Below are positions 10,192-20,479 of a DNA stretch of 64,000 nt, piece by piece. The stretch comes from Candidatus Latescibacterota bacterium (GTDB lineage Bacteria; Latescibacterota; UBA2968; UBA8231): positions 2,048,001 to 2,112,000 of the forward strand of contig OZ252098.1 of assembly GCA_965248355.1 (NCBI GenBank), given 5' to 3'. Numbering within the stretch: the stretch's first letter is position 1; each line of letters begins with the position of its first letter. The notes beneath the pieces were generated by a model. The model was not told where the DNA came from. It worked only from the letters and a program-made list of their open reading frames with translations, and made no database searches. A program made the position numbers and the translations under genes.

Positions 10192-10359
10192 CTGGAACTG
10201 TCCTGGGAGGGGGATACGCTACAGGTGGACGCCGGCCACCCGGTGGGGGCGGACCTGTGGGCCGGCGGCACCCGGCGGGTGATCGTCGGGGAGGGGGAGA
10301 CGATGGCCATTCGGCCGGTGGATGATCGAATCGGGATCTTCGAGGACTGGCTGGACTGA
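10192..10359 (+). repeat. Diverged copy of the last 168 bp of the heparinase gene (8246..8413)
   Basis: Gap-free alignment, 25 mismatches in 168 by hand count; both end IFEDWLD*. Confidence 0.95.
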
Positions 10360-10446
10360 GGGTGCTCAATCGGCGGGCGGGCATGGTGAAGCGTCCACCT
10401 CCCCTGCCGAGGCTTACCTGCCGCCGTTGTGATATTGCATATTATG

Positions 10447-10461
10447 TCATATCGTATATGA
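10447..10461. promoter_or_regulatory. Palindromic candidate operator of the PIN TA operon
   Basis: TCATAT-CGT-ATATGA overlapping TATGAT (10457), with TTGCAT at 10435, just before ATG 10466. Confidence 0.5.
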
Positions 10462-10465
10462 TACT

Positions 10466-10888
10466 ATGCGTTTGGCCTTGGACACCAATGTCGTCGTCGC
10501 GGGTCTGCGCAGCCCGACCGGAGCCTCGGCCGCCCTGATCGATCGAGCCCTGAGCCGGCAGTTCGAGTTGGTACTCTCGGTGGCGCTTGCACTCGAATAC
10601 GAGGCCGTATGCCAAGACCCGGGCCAACGCATCGTTTCGGGCCTCAGCGAGGCCGAGGTAGCAATGATCATCTCCGCGCTCTGCGCGGTCGCGGACCCCG
10701 TACAGACGCGGTTTCTGTGGCGTCCGCAACTCAGCGATCCGGCCGACGAGATGGTGCTCGAAGCCGCCATCAACGGCAAGGCAGATGCCTTGATCACCTT
10801 CAACCGAAGAGACTTCGGCGATGCCCCGGGACGCTTCGGGATTGCCCTGCTATCGCCCCAACAGGCTTTGAGGAGAACATCGGAATGA
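10466..10888 (+). CDS. PIN-domain toxin
   Basis: LDTNVVVA, EYE, DPADEMVLEAAING.ADALITFN.RDF. Confidence 0.9.
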   Translation: MRLALDTNVVVAGLRSPTGASAALIDRALSRQFELVLSVALALEYEAVCQDPGQRIVSGLSEAEVAMIISALCAVADPVQTRFLWRPQLSDPADEMVLEAAINGKADALITFNRRDFGDAPGRFGIALLSPQQALRRTSE

Positions 10889-11148
10889 GCAAAGGAAACA
10901 GCACTTACCTGTTGCGGCTGCCCGCCTCCCTGAAGGCAGCGGTCGCGGATATCAGCAAGGAAGACGGCACGAGCATCAATCAGTTCGTCACCACGGCCGT
11001 CGCCGAAAAGGTCGCTGCCATGAAGACCGCGGAGTTCTTCACCGCACGCGGCGTCGAGGCCGACATCGAGGCGGCACGCCGACTGCTGCGACGTAACGGG
11101 GGCCAGCCACCGGAGCCTGATGATGCCATGGACATGCAAACAGCTTGA
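10885..11148 (+). CDS. Ribbon-helix-helix/HicB-like antitoxin
   Basis: YLLRLPASLK, GTSINQFV..AVAEK; ATGA overlap with the toxin. Confidence 0.85.
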   Translation: MSKGNSTYLLRLPASLKAAVADISKEDGTSINQFVTTAVAEKVAAMKTAEFFTARGVEADIEAARRLLRRNGGQPPEPDDAMDMQTA

Positions 11149-11186
11149 GTGATCCCGCACTGACCTCGCCCCACCCACCCTGACCC

Positions 11187-11990
11187 GTGCCGCTCCTCGG
11201 CAACATCGCCCTCGGCCGGTACGTCGCCGGCGACTCCCCTCTGCACCGCCTCGACCCGCGCACCAAGCTGGTCACCATCGCCGCGATGATGACCGTCGCT
11301 CTCGGCTCCCGCGGGCTGGCGCCGGTCTGCGCCTTCGGCCTCTTCGTCCTCTTCGCCGCCGGGATGTCCCGGCTGCCGCCGGCGCTGCTGGCGCGCAACC
11401 TGCGGTCCTTCCTGTGGCTGCTGGTGATCACCGCCCTCCTCCACGCCTTCAACACCCCGGGGCAGCCGCTGTGGCGCGTGCCCTGGCTCGACCTGCAGAC
11501 AACGCGCGAAGGACTGCAGTCGGCGGCCCTCTTCACCCTGCGGCTGGCGACGGTGGTGACCGCCGCGGCGCTGCTCACGCTCACCACCTCTCCCCTGGAG
11601 CTGACCGATGGCCTGGAACGGCTGCTGCGGCCGCTGCGCCGGCTGCGGGTCCCGTCCCACGAGCTGGCCATGACGATCTCCATCGCCCTGCGCTTCATCC
11701 CGGTCCTGGCCGAGGAGGCCGAGCGCCTGCAGAAGGCGCAGATGGCCCGCGGCGCCGAGTTCAGCGGCGGTCCGGTGCGCCGCGCCCGCAAGCTCGTGCC
11801 CCTGCTGCTGCCGCTGTTCGTGTCGGCCTTCGCCCGGGCCGACCGCCTGGCCGTGGCCATGGAGGCCCGCGGCTACCGCGGCGAGGGCCGCACCAGCTAC
11901 CGGGAGCTGCGCCTGGGCCGCCTCGACGCCGCCGCAGCGCTGTTGTCGGTGGGGGCGGCCGGGGTCATCCTGTTGGCGGGCCGGCTGTGA
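11187..11990 (+). CDS. ecfT: ECF transporter transmembrane component T
   Basis: SPLHRLDPRTKL, IALRFIP, AQMARG, AMEARGY. Confidence 0.92.
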   Translation: MPLLGNIALGRYVAGDSPLHRLDPRTKLVTIAAMMTVALGSRGLAPVCAFGLFVLFAAGMSRLPPALLARNLRSFLWLLVITALLHAFNTPGQPLWRVPWLDLQTTREGLQSAALFTLRLATVVTAAALLTLTTSPLELTDGLERLLRPLRRLRVPSHELAMTISIALRFIPVLAEEAERLQKAQMARGAEFSGGPVRRARKLVPLLLPLFVSAFARADRLAVAMEARGYRGEGRTSYRELRLGRLDAAAALLSVGAAGVILLAGRL

Positions 11991-12793
11991 GCCAGGCCTC
12001 TCCCGGGCGGCGAACCCTGCGTCTGGACCTGGAATACGACGGCTCCGGCTTCGTGGGCTGGCAGGCCCAGGCCCGGGGACGGACCGTGCAGGGGACGCTG
12101 GAGACGGCCCTGCGCACCCTGCTGCGGGAGGAGGTCACGCCGGTGGGCTCGGGCCGCACCGACGCCGGCACCCATGCCCTCGGCCAGGTGGCCCATGCCC
12201 ACGTCCGGTCCTCCATGGAGGCCGGCCGCATCCACCGGGGGCTGAACGCCCTGCTGCCCGAGGACGTGGCCGTCCTCCAGGTGCGGGACGTGGCCGCCGG
12301 CTTCCACGCCCGCTACAGCGCCCTGGCCAAGCGCTACCGCTACCGCATCGACACGGTGCGCCGCGCCCTGGGCCGGAACGCCGTGTGGACGCTGCCGCGG
12401 CATCTCGACCTGGAACCGATGGCCGCGGCGGCGGCGGGCCTGAGAGGCGCCCTCGACTTCCGTGCCTTCTGCAAGGCCGACCCGCCGCCGGCGAGCTACA
12501 GCTGCCGGATCGACGCCGCCGAGTGGCGCCGGGCAGGGACCTGCTGGACCTTCGAGATCGAGGCCGACCGCTTCCTGCGCCACATGGTGCGGGCCCTCGT
12601 GGGCACCCTGGTCGAGGTCGGCCAGGGGCGGCTCGGCCCGCCGCAGTTCCTGAACCTGCTCCAGGGCGCCGACCGCGCCCTCGCCGGCGCCACCGCCCCG
12701 GCCCGGGGTCTGTGCCTGCTGCGCGTGCGCTACCCGGAGGAGCTGGGCGGCGCCTCCGGCCCCGAGCCCCTTGAGACCCCCCCGGCTCTTTAG
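11987..12793 (+). CDS. truA: tRNA pseudouridine(38-40) synthase
   Basis: YDGSGFVGWQ, GRTDAGTHALGQ, FHARYSA, RFLRHMVR, TAPARGL; GTGA overlap with ecfT. Confidence 0.95.
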   Translation: MSQASPGRRTLRLDLEYDGSGFVGWQAQARGRTVQGTLETALRTLLREEVTPVGSGRTDAGTHALGQVAHAHVRSSMEAGRIHRGLNALLPEDVAVLQVRDVAAGFHARYSALAKRYRYRIDTVRRALGRNAVWTLPRHLDLEPMAAAAAGLRGALDFRAFCKADPPPASYSCRIDAAEWRRAGTCWTFEIEADRFLRHMVRALVGTLVEVGQGRLGPPQFLNLLQGADRALAGATAPARGLCLLRVRYPEELGGASGPEPLETPPAL

Positions 12794-12812
12794 CAGGTTA
12801 GTCACAGCCCCC

Positions 12813-13916
<1,104 letters not shown>

Positions 13917-14552
13917 ATGGCCCGTGAGGGGATCCCCTTCGTGGCCGCCGGCCTGCTGCTGAGCGCGGCCTGCTGGTACGCCCGGCAATGGAATCCCGCC
14001 CTGGCCTTCGGGTCGGCGGTCTTCGGTCTCGCCGCGGCTTTCATGGTGTTCTTCTTCCGGGATCCGCGCCGGCGGGCGCCTGGGCAGCCCGGCGCCGTCG
14101 TCTCCGCCGCCGACGGCCGGGTGGTCTCCGTCGCGCAGCTGGCGCACGACGAGTACCTCGAGGGGCCGGCCACGCGCATCAGCGTCTTCCTGTCGGTCTT
14201 CAACGTGCACGTGAACCGCGTCCCCCACGAGGGCGAGGTCGACTTCGTCGACCGGCGCTCCGGGCGCTACCGGGTCGCCTACGCCGAGCAGGCCTCCGAG
14301 GACAACGAGCAGAGCGTGATCGGGATCCGCAGCGGAGACCACCGGCTCGTGGTCAAGCAGATCGTGGGCATCCTCGCCCGCCGCATCGCCTGCCGCCTGG
14401 TGCCCGGCCAGCAGGTGCGCAGGGGGGAGCGTTTCGGCCTGATCCGCTTCGGCTCGAGGGTCGACCTCATCCTCCCGGAGTCCGCCCGGATCCAGGTCTC
14501 GGTGGGCGACCGGGTACGGGGCGGCGAAACCGTCATGGGAATCCTCGCGTGA
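13917..14552 (+). CDS. psd: Phosphatidylserine decarboxylase (short type)
   Basis: FFFRDP, SAADGRV, FLSVFNVHVNR.P, FGSRVD cleavage motif. Confidence 0.93.
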   Translation: MAREGIPFVAAGLLLSAACWYARQWNPALAFGSAVFGLAAAFMVFFFRDPRRRAPGQPGAVVSAADGRVVSVAQLAHDEYLEGPATRISVFLSVFNVHVNRVPHEGEVDFVDRRSGRYRVAYAEQASEDNEQSVIGIRSGDHRLVVKQIVGILARRIACRLVPGQQVRRGERFGLIRFGSRVDLILPESARIQVSVGDRVRGGETVMGILA

Positions 14553-15262
14553 TCAACCTCGGCCTCATTCCCAACCTGTTCACCGTGGGCAACCTGTTCT
14601 GCGGCTTCCTGGCGTTGCGCTACATCGTCGAGGGGAACTACGTGCCCGCCGCCTGGCTGATCGTGCTCGCCAGCGCCCTCGACAACATGGACGGACGCCT
14701 CGCCCGCTACATGGGCCGGGATTCGCGGTTCGGCATCGAGTTCGACTCCCTCGCCGATGTGTGCACCTTCGGCGTCGTCCCCGCCTTCATGCTCTATCAC
14801 AGCCTCGTGCCCACCGGGTGGGGGGCCGCCCTGGCTTCGGTCTTCCTTCTGTGCGGCGCCCTGCGCCTGGCGCGCTTCAACGTCATGAGCCAGGACAGCG
14901 GCAAGGGCGATTCCTTCACCGGGCTGCCGATCCCCTCCGCCGCCATCGCCCTGAGCCAGTACATCGTGTTCACCGAGCACTCCTGGGCGACGGCCCACGC
15001 CGCCCACCTCGGCGTGGTCCTCACCTTGGGCCTGGCCACCCTGATGATCAGCCGCCTCGAGTACGACGCCATGCCCAGCTTCCGATCGGGCGGGCTCCGC
15101 GACCGCTGCAAGCAGGTCTTCCTCGTCGTCGCCGTGGCCCTCGTCGTCCATCCGGCCACCTCGAAGGACTTCTTCTTTCCCCTCGCGCTGATCTACCTGC
15201 TCTCCGGGCTCTACCGCTGGGTCGCCGGTCTGTTCAGCGACGAGGTGACGCAGCACGCCTGA
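14549..15262 (+). CDS. pssA: CDP-diacylglycerol--serine O-phosphatidyltransferase
   Basis: PNLFTVGNLFCG, DGRLAR...FG.EFDSLAD, LRLARFN, FTGLPIP; GTGA overlap with psd. Confidence 0.93.
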   Translation: MINLGLIPNLFTVGNLFCGFLALRYIVEGNYVPAAWLIVLASALDNMDGRLARYMGRDSRFGIEFDSLADVCTFGVVPAFMLYHSLVPTGWGAALASVFLLCGALRLARFNVMSQDSGKGDSFTGLPIPSAAIALSQYIVFTEHSWATAHAAHLGVVLTLGLATLMISRLEYDAMPSFRSGGLRDRCKQVFLVVAVALVVHPATSKDFFFPLALIYLLSGLYRWVAGLFSDEVTQHA

Positions 15263-15277
15263 AAGGGAAAGCGGCCG

Positions 15278-15559
15278 ATGCTCAGAGACAAGCCGGTCAG
15301 TCACCTCGCTCTCATCCTTCTGATCAGCGCCATCAGCGGGAGCGTCCTCGGCGAGTCCCTGCGCCTCATCCTGCGGTTCGTCGCCGGCGAGAGCAGCATC
15401 GTGGAGCGGGCCCTGCTGGATTTCTTCCGCTACGAGATCGGACCCCACCGCCTCGATCTGATCATCCTCTCCTTCCAGTTCGAGCTGGGCCTGAGCTTCA
15501 ACGTCATCACCTTGCTCGGCATCTTCGCGGGCTGGTACTACTTCAAGTATTCCTACTGA
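15278..15559 (+). CDS. DUF4321-like small membrane protein
   Basis: 93 aa, two hydrophobic segments, GSVLGE and LDL.ILSF...L...FN. Confidence 0.65.
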   Translation: MLRDKPVSHLALILLISAISGSVLGESLRLILRFVAGESSIVERALLDFFRYEIGPHRLDLIILSFQFELGLSFNVITLLGIFAGWYYFKYSY

Positions 15560-15578
15560 AATCCCTGGAGAACCGATC

Positions 15579-15875
15579 ATGTTTCCGAGTCACTGGGAAT
15601 TGCTGATCATCTTCCTCGTGGTCCTGCTCTTGTTCGGGGCCAAGCGCATCCCGGAGATGGCCCGGGGCCTGGGCAAGGGAATCCGCGAGTTCCGCGGCGC
15701 CGTGAAGGACGTGCAGGACGAGGTCGAGACCGCGGGCCGGGGCGAAACCCCGAACCGCATTGCGTCCCCCCCCTCCGGCCAGGTGGCCCGGGAGACCGGC
15801 GCCGCGCCGGACCAGGCCGCCCCTCCCTCCGACGAGCAGGGCGCCTCTCCGGCGCGGGAAGAGGCCCGCAGCTGA
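15579..15875 (+). CDS. tatA: Twin-arginine translocase subunit TatA/E
   Basis: [31 protein letters not shown]. Confidence 0.95.
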   Translation: MFPSHWELLIIFLVVLLLFGAKRIPEMARGLGKGIREFRGAVKDVQDEVETAGRGETPNRIASPPSGQVARETGAAPDQAAPPSDEQGASPAREEARS

Positions 15876-17314
15876 GTCTCGCCGAGCTCACCGCCCACGA
15901 GGCGCTGGACCGGCTCGAATCCGGCGAGCTCACCTCCACGGAGCTGACGCGCAGCGTCCTCGACCGGGTCGAGTCCCGCGAGCCCGAGGTCAACGCCTAC
16001 ATCAGCGTCGACGCCGACGGCGCTCTGGACCGGGCCGCCGACGTCGACCGGCGGCGGAGAGCCGGACAGCCCGTGGGCGCCCTGGCGGGGGTGCCGCTGG
16101 CCGTCAAGGACGTCCTTTGCGTCCGCGGCGGGCCGACCACCTGCGGTTCGGCGATTCTGCGCGGCTACGTCGCCCCCTACGACGCCACCGCCGTGGACCT
16201 CGTGCGGCGGGCCGATGCCGTCCTCGTGGGCAAGACCAACATGGACGAGTTCGCCATGGGCTCTTCCACCGAGAGCTCCGCCTTCGGACCCACCCGGAAC
16301 CCCGTCGATCCCGGCCGGGTGCCGGGCGGATCGAGCGGCGGCTCGGCCGCCGCCGTGGCCGCCCACGAGACCGTCCTCGCCCTCGGATCCGACACGGGCG
16401 GCTCGGTGCGCCAGCCGGCGGCCTATTGCGGCGTCGTCGGGCTCAAGCCCACCTACGGCCGCGTCTCCCGCTACGGGCTGGTGGCCTACGCCTCCTCCCT
16501 CGATCAGATCGGCCCGCTGGCCAAGGACGTGGAGGACGCGGCCCTCCTGCTGGGCGTCATCGCCGGCCACGACCCGAGGGACGCGACGTCCGTGGACCGG
16601 GCCGTGCCCGACTACCGGACGAAACTCATGGCGGGGGTCGGGGGTCTCAGGATCGGTTGGGCCAGGGAGTTCTATGCCCGGGGTCTCGACGAGGAGATCC
16701 GGGCCGCCGCCGAGACCGCGGCCCGGCGGCTGGCCGGGGCGGGCGGCGAAATCGTCGACGTCTCCCTGTCGGTGGCCGGCCACCCGGACTACTGTGTGAG
16801 CTGCTACTACGTGATCGCCATGGCCGAGGCCTCGGCCAACCTGTCGCGCTTCGACGGCGTGCGCTACGGGTTCCGGGCCGAGGAGCCCCGCGACCTGCAG
16901 GATCTGTACCGCCGCACCCGGAGCCAGGGTTTCGGCGCGGAGGTGCAGCGGAGGATCATGATCGGCGCCTACGTCCTCAGCGCGGGCTACTACGACGCCT
17001 ACTACCTCAAGGCCCAGAAGGTCCGTACCCTCATCCGGCGCGACTTCGAGCGCGCCTTCGAGAGCTGTGACCTGCTGCTGTCGCCGGTGGCTCCGACCAC
17101 GGCCTTCCGCCTCGGCGAGCAGCTCGACGACCCGCTGCAGATGTACCTCAACGACATCTACACCACATCCGTGAACCTGGCCGGCCTGCCCGGCATCTCG
17201 GTGCCCGTGGCCCGGTCGGCCGACGGGCTGCCGATCGGCGTCCAGCTGATGGCCCGCCCCTTCGAGGAGGCGACGCTGCTGCGGGGCGCCTACGTCCTCG
17301 AGCAGGCCGCCTGA
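15872..17314 (+). CDS. gatA: Asp/Glu-tRNA amidotransferase subunit A (probable CTG start)
   Basis: [44 protein letters not shown]; GatA-like frame extends 67 codons upstream of GTG 16073 to a CTGA overlap with tatA. Confidence 0.93.
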   Translation: MSLAELTAHEALDRLESGELTSTELTRSVLDRVESREPEVNAYISVDADGALDRAADVDRRRRAGQPVGALAGVPLAVKDVLCVRGGPTTCGSAILRGYVAPYDATAVDLVRRADAVLVGKTNMDEFAMGSSTESSAFGPTRNPVDPGRVPGGSSGGSAAAVAAHETVLALGSDTGGSVRQPAAYCGVVGLKPTYGRVSRYGLVAYASSLDQIGPLAKDVEDAALLLGVIAGHDPRDATSVDRAVPDYRTKLMAGVGGLRIGWAREFYARGLDEEIRAAAETAARRLAGAGGEIVDVSLSVAGHPDYCVSCYYVIAMAEASANLSRFDGVRYGFRAEEPRDLQDLYRRTRSQGFGAEVQRRIMIGAYVLSAGYYDAYYLKAQKVRTLIRRDFERAFESCDLLLSPVAPTTAFRLGEQLDDPLQMYLNDIYTTSVNLAGLPGISVPVARSADGLPIGVQLMARPFEEATLLRGAYVLEQAA

Positions 17315-17330
17315 CCCCCCGGAGTCCGCC

Positions 17331-18251
17331 ATGTCCTCCACCGCCCTCCGCCTCGCCCTGCTGACGGGGCTCTCCGTGAGCCCGGCCTGGGCCATCAACG
17401 ACAACGCCGGAACCGCCGGGTTCAGCTTCCTCAAGATCGGCGTCGGAGCGAGGGCCGCCGCCCTGGGCGGCTCCTTCACCGCCGTCCGCGGCGATCTCGA
17501 GGCGGCCGCCTGGAACCCGGCCGGCGTCTTTGACGTGGGCGCCCGGTCGGCGGCTGTCTCCCTGACCCGGTACGTCATCGACACCCAGGCCGGTTTTCTC
17601 GCCGTGGCCCTGCCGTCGGGGCCCCGGATGTGGGCGCTGAGCACCAACTACGTCAGCTACGGGGAGATGACGGAGACCGACGCGGACGGGCAGGACCTGG
17701 GCACCTTCGGCGCCTTTGACATGGCCACCGCGGTGACGGCGGCCCAGAAGGTCTGGAAGGACCGTCTCACCCTGGGGGCCAGCGCCAAGTGGATCTACTC
17801 CAGCATCCACGACTACACCTCCGACGCCTACGCCGTCGACCTCGGCGTTCTGGTCCGGGGGCCGGTTTCGGGCATGACCATCGGCGGCTCCCTGTCCAAC
17901 CTGGGCTCGGTGCGCAGCGGCTTCACCGACGGCTACGAGGACGCCCTGCCGGTCCTGATGCGGGCCGGGGTCACCCATCACCCCGCCCACTTCCCCATCC
18001 CTCTCATGCTCTCCGTCGACTTCACCGTGCCCAACGACAACGATCCCTACGTCACCTTCGGGGCGGAGCTGAAGCTGGCCGGGGGTCTCTACCTGCGGCC
18101 GGGCTACAGCCTCCGGCAGGAGGACGACGAGGCTCTCGGCCTCTCCACGGGCGGCGGTCTGGAGATGAAGAACCTGCGGATCGACTACGCCTACTCCTCC
18201 CTGCCCGCCCTCGGCGGTATCCACCGCCTCAGTCTCAGGGGCCGGATCTAG
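17331..18251 (+). CDS. PorV/PorQ-family outer-membrane beta-barrel protein
   Basis: Signal peptide, FLKIGVGARAAALG, WNPAG, IDYAY...LG..HRLSL. Confidence 0.82.
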   Translation: MSSTALRLALLTGLSVSPAWAINDNAGTAGFSFLKIGVGARAAALGGSFTAVRGDLEAAAWNPAGVFDVGARSAAVSLTRYVIDTQAGFLAVALPSGPRMWALSTNYVSYGEMTETDADGQDLGTFGAFDMATAVTAAQKVWKDRLTLGASAKWIYSSIHDYTSDAYAVDLGVLVRGPVSGMTIGGSLSNLGSVRSGFTDGYEDALPVLMRAGVTHHPAHFPIPLMLSVDFTVPNDNDPYVTFGAELKLAGGLYLRPGYSLRQEDDEALGLSTGGGLEMKNLRIDYAYSSLPALGGIHRLSLRGRI

Positions 18252-18262
18252 GCGTCGAGAGC

Positions 18263-18282
18263 CCCGGAGGAAGCCCTCCGGG
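18263..18282. terminator. Hairpin between convergent genes
   Basis: CCCGGAGG-AAGC-CCTCCGGG; no U-tract. Confidence 0.4.
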
Positions 18283-18289
18283 TCGTGCG

Positions 18290-19021
18290 TCAGGGTCCCT
18301 CCTCGGCGCGGCCCGTCATCGGCACGAAGCGCACCGGCAACAGGCGCTCGAGGGTGGTCCCCTCCTCGCCCCGGGTGATGCGGACCAGCTCCTGGTACCT
18401 CTCTCCCACCGGCATCACCAGGCGGCCCCCCGGGGCGAGCTGCTCCACGAGCCTGGGGGGCACGTGGCCGGGGGCCGCCGTGACCATGATCCCGTCGAAG
18501 GGGGCGTGCTCCGGCCACCCGAAATACCCGTCCCCGGCGCGCACGTGCACGTTGTCGTACCCCAGGCCGGCGAGCCGCTCCCCGGCGCTCTCGGCGAGCT
18601 CGGGCAGGATCTCGATGGTGTAGACCTCGGCGGCGAGCAGGGAGAGGACCGCCGCCTGGTACCCGGAGCCGGTGCCGATCTCGAGGACGCGGTCCCCTTC
18701 TTCCACACCGAGGGCCTGGGTCATGTAGGCCACGATGTAGGGCTGGGAGATCGTCTGCCGCAGGCCGATGGACAGCGGGTGGTCGGCATAGGCCCGGACG
18801 CGCTCGGCCTCGGGGACGAAGAGGTGCCGGGGCACCTGCCCCATGACGGCGAGCACCCCCTCGTCGGTGATGTCGCGGCCCCGGAGCTGGGTGCGCACCA
18901 TCTCCCGGCGCGGCCCCTCCCAGGCGTCGGCGGAGACCCCCGGCGCGCCCGGGTCGGGGCGGCAGGCGAGCAGCACCGCCGCCAGAAGGATCCGCCCGGA
19001 GGCCCCTCGCACGGCTCCCAC
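18290..19021 (-). CDS. pcm: Protein-L-isoaspartate O-methyltransferase with lipoprotein-like leader
   Basis: VPRHLFV, QTISQPYIVA, VLEIGTGSGYQAA, APFDGI.VTAA, VRFVPM; start uncertain (19012-19033). Confidence 0.92.
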   Translation of the reverse strand: MGAVRGASGRILLAAVLLACRPDPGAPGVSADAWEGPRREMVRTQLRGRDITDEGVLAVMGQVPRHLFVPEAERVRAYADHPLSIGLRQTISQPYIVAYMTQALGVEEGDRVLEIGTGSGYQAAVLSLLAAEVYTIEILPELAESAGERLAGLGYDNVHVRAGDGYFGWPEHAPFDGIMVTAAPGHVPPRLVEQLAPGGRLVMPVGERYQELVRITRGEEGTTLERLLPVRFVPMTGRAEEGP

Positions 19022-19029
19022 GGCGAGGG

Positions 19030-19479
19030 TCAGCTCTCGTAGGCCTCCCGGAAGGCCTTCAGGGTCTCCCGGAGGGCGGCGGGGTGGGCCAGGTCCGTCG
19101 TCTGCTTGCTCTTCATGGCGTGGACCAGCAGCTTGTGCAGCCGCGCGAGCTGGTCGCGGTAGGCCTCGACCGCCGCCGAGTCGCTCTCGTCCGGCAGCTT
19201 GATGCGCTGGGCGAGGAAGTACTGGGTCACCGTCTCCCGGATGCGGTCGGCGTGGCTCTCCTTGTTCATCACCCAGCGGGCGATCTGGTTGGCGTTGGCG
19301 CCGGGGTCGGCGGACAGCTCGGTGATCTGCCGCATCGACTTCTCCACGGTGCGGATGTCCTCGTCGAGGGACGCGAACCGCAGGTCGTCTCCGTAGATGC
19401 CGCAGGGGATCTCGCAATGGCCGAAGGCGCCGGCGGCGCTGACGCAGAGGGTTGCACACAGGATCGCTAGCCTGGACAT
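19030..19479 (-). CDS. sodN: Nickel superoxide dismutase with Sec-type signal peptide
   Basis: Nickel hook HCEIPCGIY directly after AFG; RWVMNKE.HA. Confidence 0.9.
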   Translation of the reverse strand: MSRLAILCATLCVSAAGAFGHCEIPCGIYGDDLRFASLDEDIRTVEKSMRQITELSADPGANANQIARWVMNKESHADRIRETVTQYFLAQRIKLPDESDSAAVEAYRDQLARLHKLLVHAMKSKQTTDLAHPAALRETLKAFREAYES

Positions 19480-19558
19480 GATTCGTTCTCCTCTCTTGTC
19501 ATGGGGTCCCGCAATCTTACCCGCCCTCCTGCTGCTCTGCAACCACGGTTGCGGACCC

Positions 19559-20419
19559 ATGGCGCAATGGCGGGGGGGCAGCGATGAACTCTACGTGAGC
19601 CGCGTGCTCCTGGCCCCGGGCGTGTTCACGTCCGGCATCGAGGGTCCGGTCTGCGACCGCGCCGGCAACCTCTACGCCGTCAACTTCGGCCGCCGGGGCA
19701 CCATCGGCCTGGTGACCCCCGCCGGCGAGGCGAGCCTGTTCCTGGAGCTTCCGCCGGGCAGCACGGGCAACGGCCTGCGTTTCGACCCCCGGGGGCGGCT
19801 GCTCATCGCCGACTACACCGGCCACCAGGTGCTCCGCGTCGACATGGGGACGCGCGCCGTCGAGGTCCTGGCCCACGAGCCGGGCTTCCACCAGCCCAAC
19901 GACCTGGCCGTCACCGCCGGGGGCGTGATCTTCGCCAGCGATCCGGACTGGCGCGAGTCCACGGGCCGGGTGTGGCGCGTCGACCCCGGCGGCGCCGTGA
20001 CCCTGCTGGCGCGGATGGGCACGACGAACGGCATCGAGGTCGGCCCCGGCGAGCGCACCCTGTACGTGAACGAGTCCGTGCAGCGCAGCGTGTGGGCCTT
20101 CGACCTGGAGGCGGACGGGACCCTGGGCGGCAAGCGCCTGCTCATCCGCTTTGCCGACCACGGCCTGGACGGCATGCGCTGCGACGTGGCCGGCAACCTC
20201 TACGTCACCCGCTACGGCAAGGGCACGGTCGCCAGGATCTCGCCGGAGGGGGAGCTGCTACGGGAGGTGGAGCTCACCGGGGCCAGGCCGAGCAACCTCG
20301 CCTTCGGAGGCCCCGACGGCCGGACCTGCTACGTCACCCTGCAGGACCAGGGCAACGTCGAGGTCTTCCGCGTCGAGGAGCCGGGCCGCGCCTGGCGGCT
20401 GGCTCGGCGGCGGCCATGA
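19559..20419 (+). CDS. SMP-30/gluconolactonase/LRE family protein
   Basis: IEGP.CD..GNLY, PNDL, NGI, DGMRCD..GNLY, SNLAFGG; start uncertain. Confidence 0.88.
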   Translation: MAQWRGGSDELYVSRVLLAPGVFTSGIEGPVCDRAGNLYAVNFGRRGTIGLVTPAGEASLFLELPPGSTGNGLRFDPRGRLLIADYTGHQVLRVDMGTRAVEVLAHEPGFHQPNDLAVTAGGVIFASDPDWRESTGRVWRVDPGGAVTLLARMGTTNGIEVGPGERTLYVNESVQRSVWAFDLEADGTLGGKRLLIRFADHGLDGMRCDVAGNLYVTRYGKGTVARISPEGELLREVELTGARPSNLAFGGPDGRTCYVTLQDQGNVEVFRVEEPGRAWRLARRRP

Positions 20420-20451
20420 AAAAAGCCCGCTTCCAGGGGCTGGAAGGGGCT
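20419..20451 (-). terminator. Rho-independent terminator
   Basis: AGCCC-G-CTTCCAG / CTGGAAG-GGGCT stem beside A6 (U6 on the minus strand), downstream of the DUF151 gene. Confidence 0.7.
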
Positions 20452-20479
20452 CTCGGGCCGGGGATCGGTGGCGGTGTGC

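Noticed and set aside
8246..10359. Heparinase end repeat as a diversity-generating retroelement VR/TR pair
   Set aside because: Mismatches are not adenine-specific and no reverse transcriptase is present.
10051..10359. 102-aa EcfT/heparinase chimera as a functional protein
   Set aside because: Built from fragments, starts at an internal GTG without an SD; treated as a scar.
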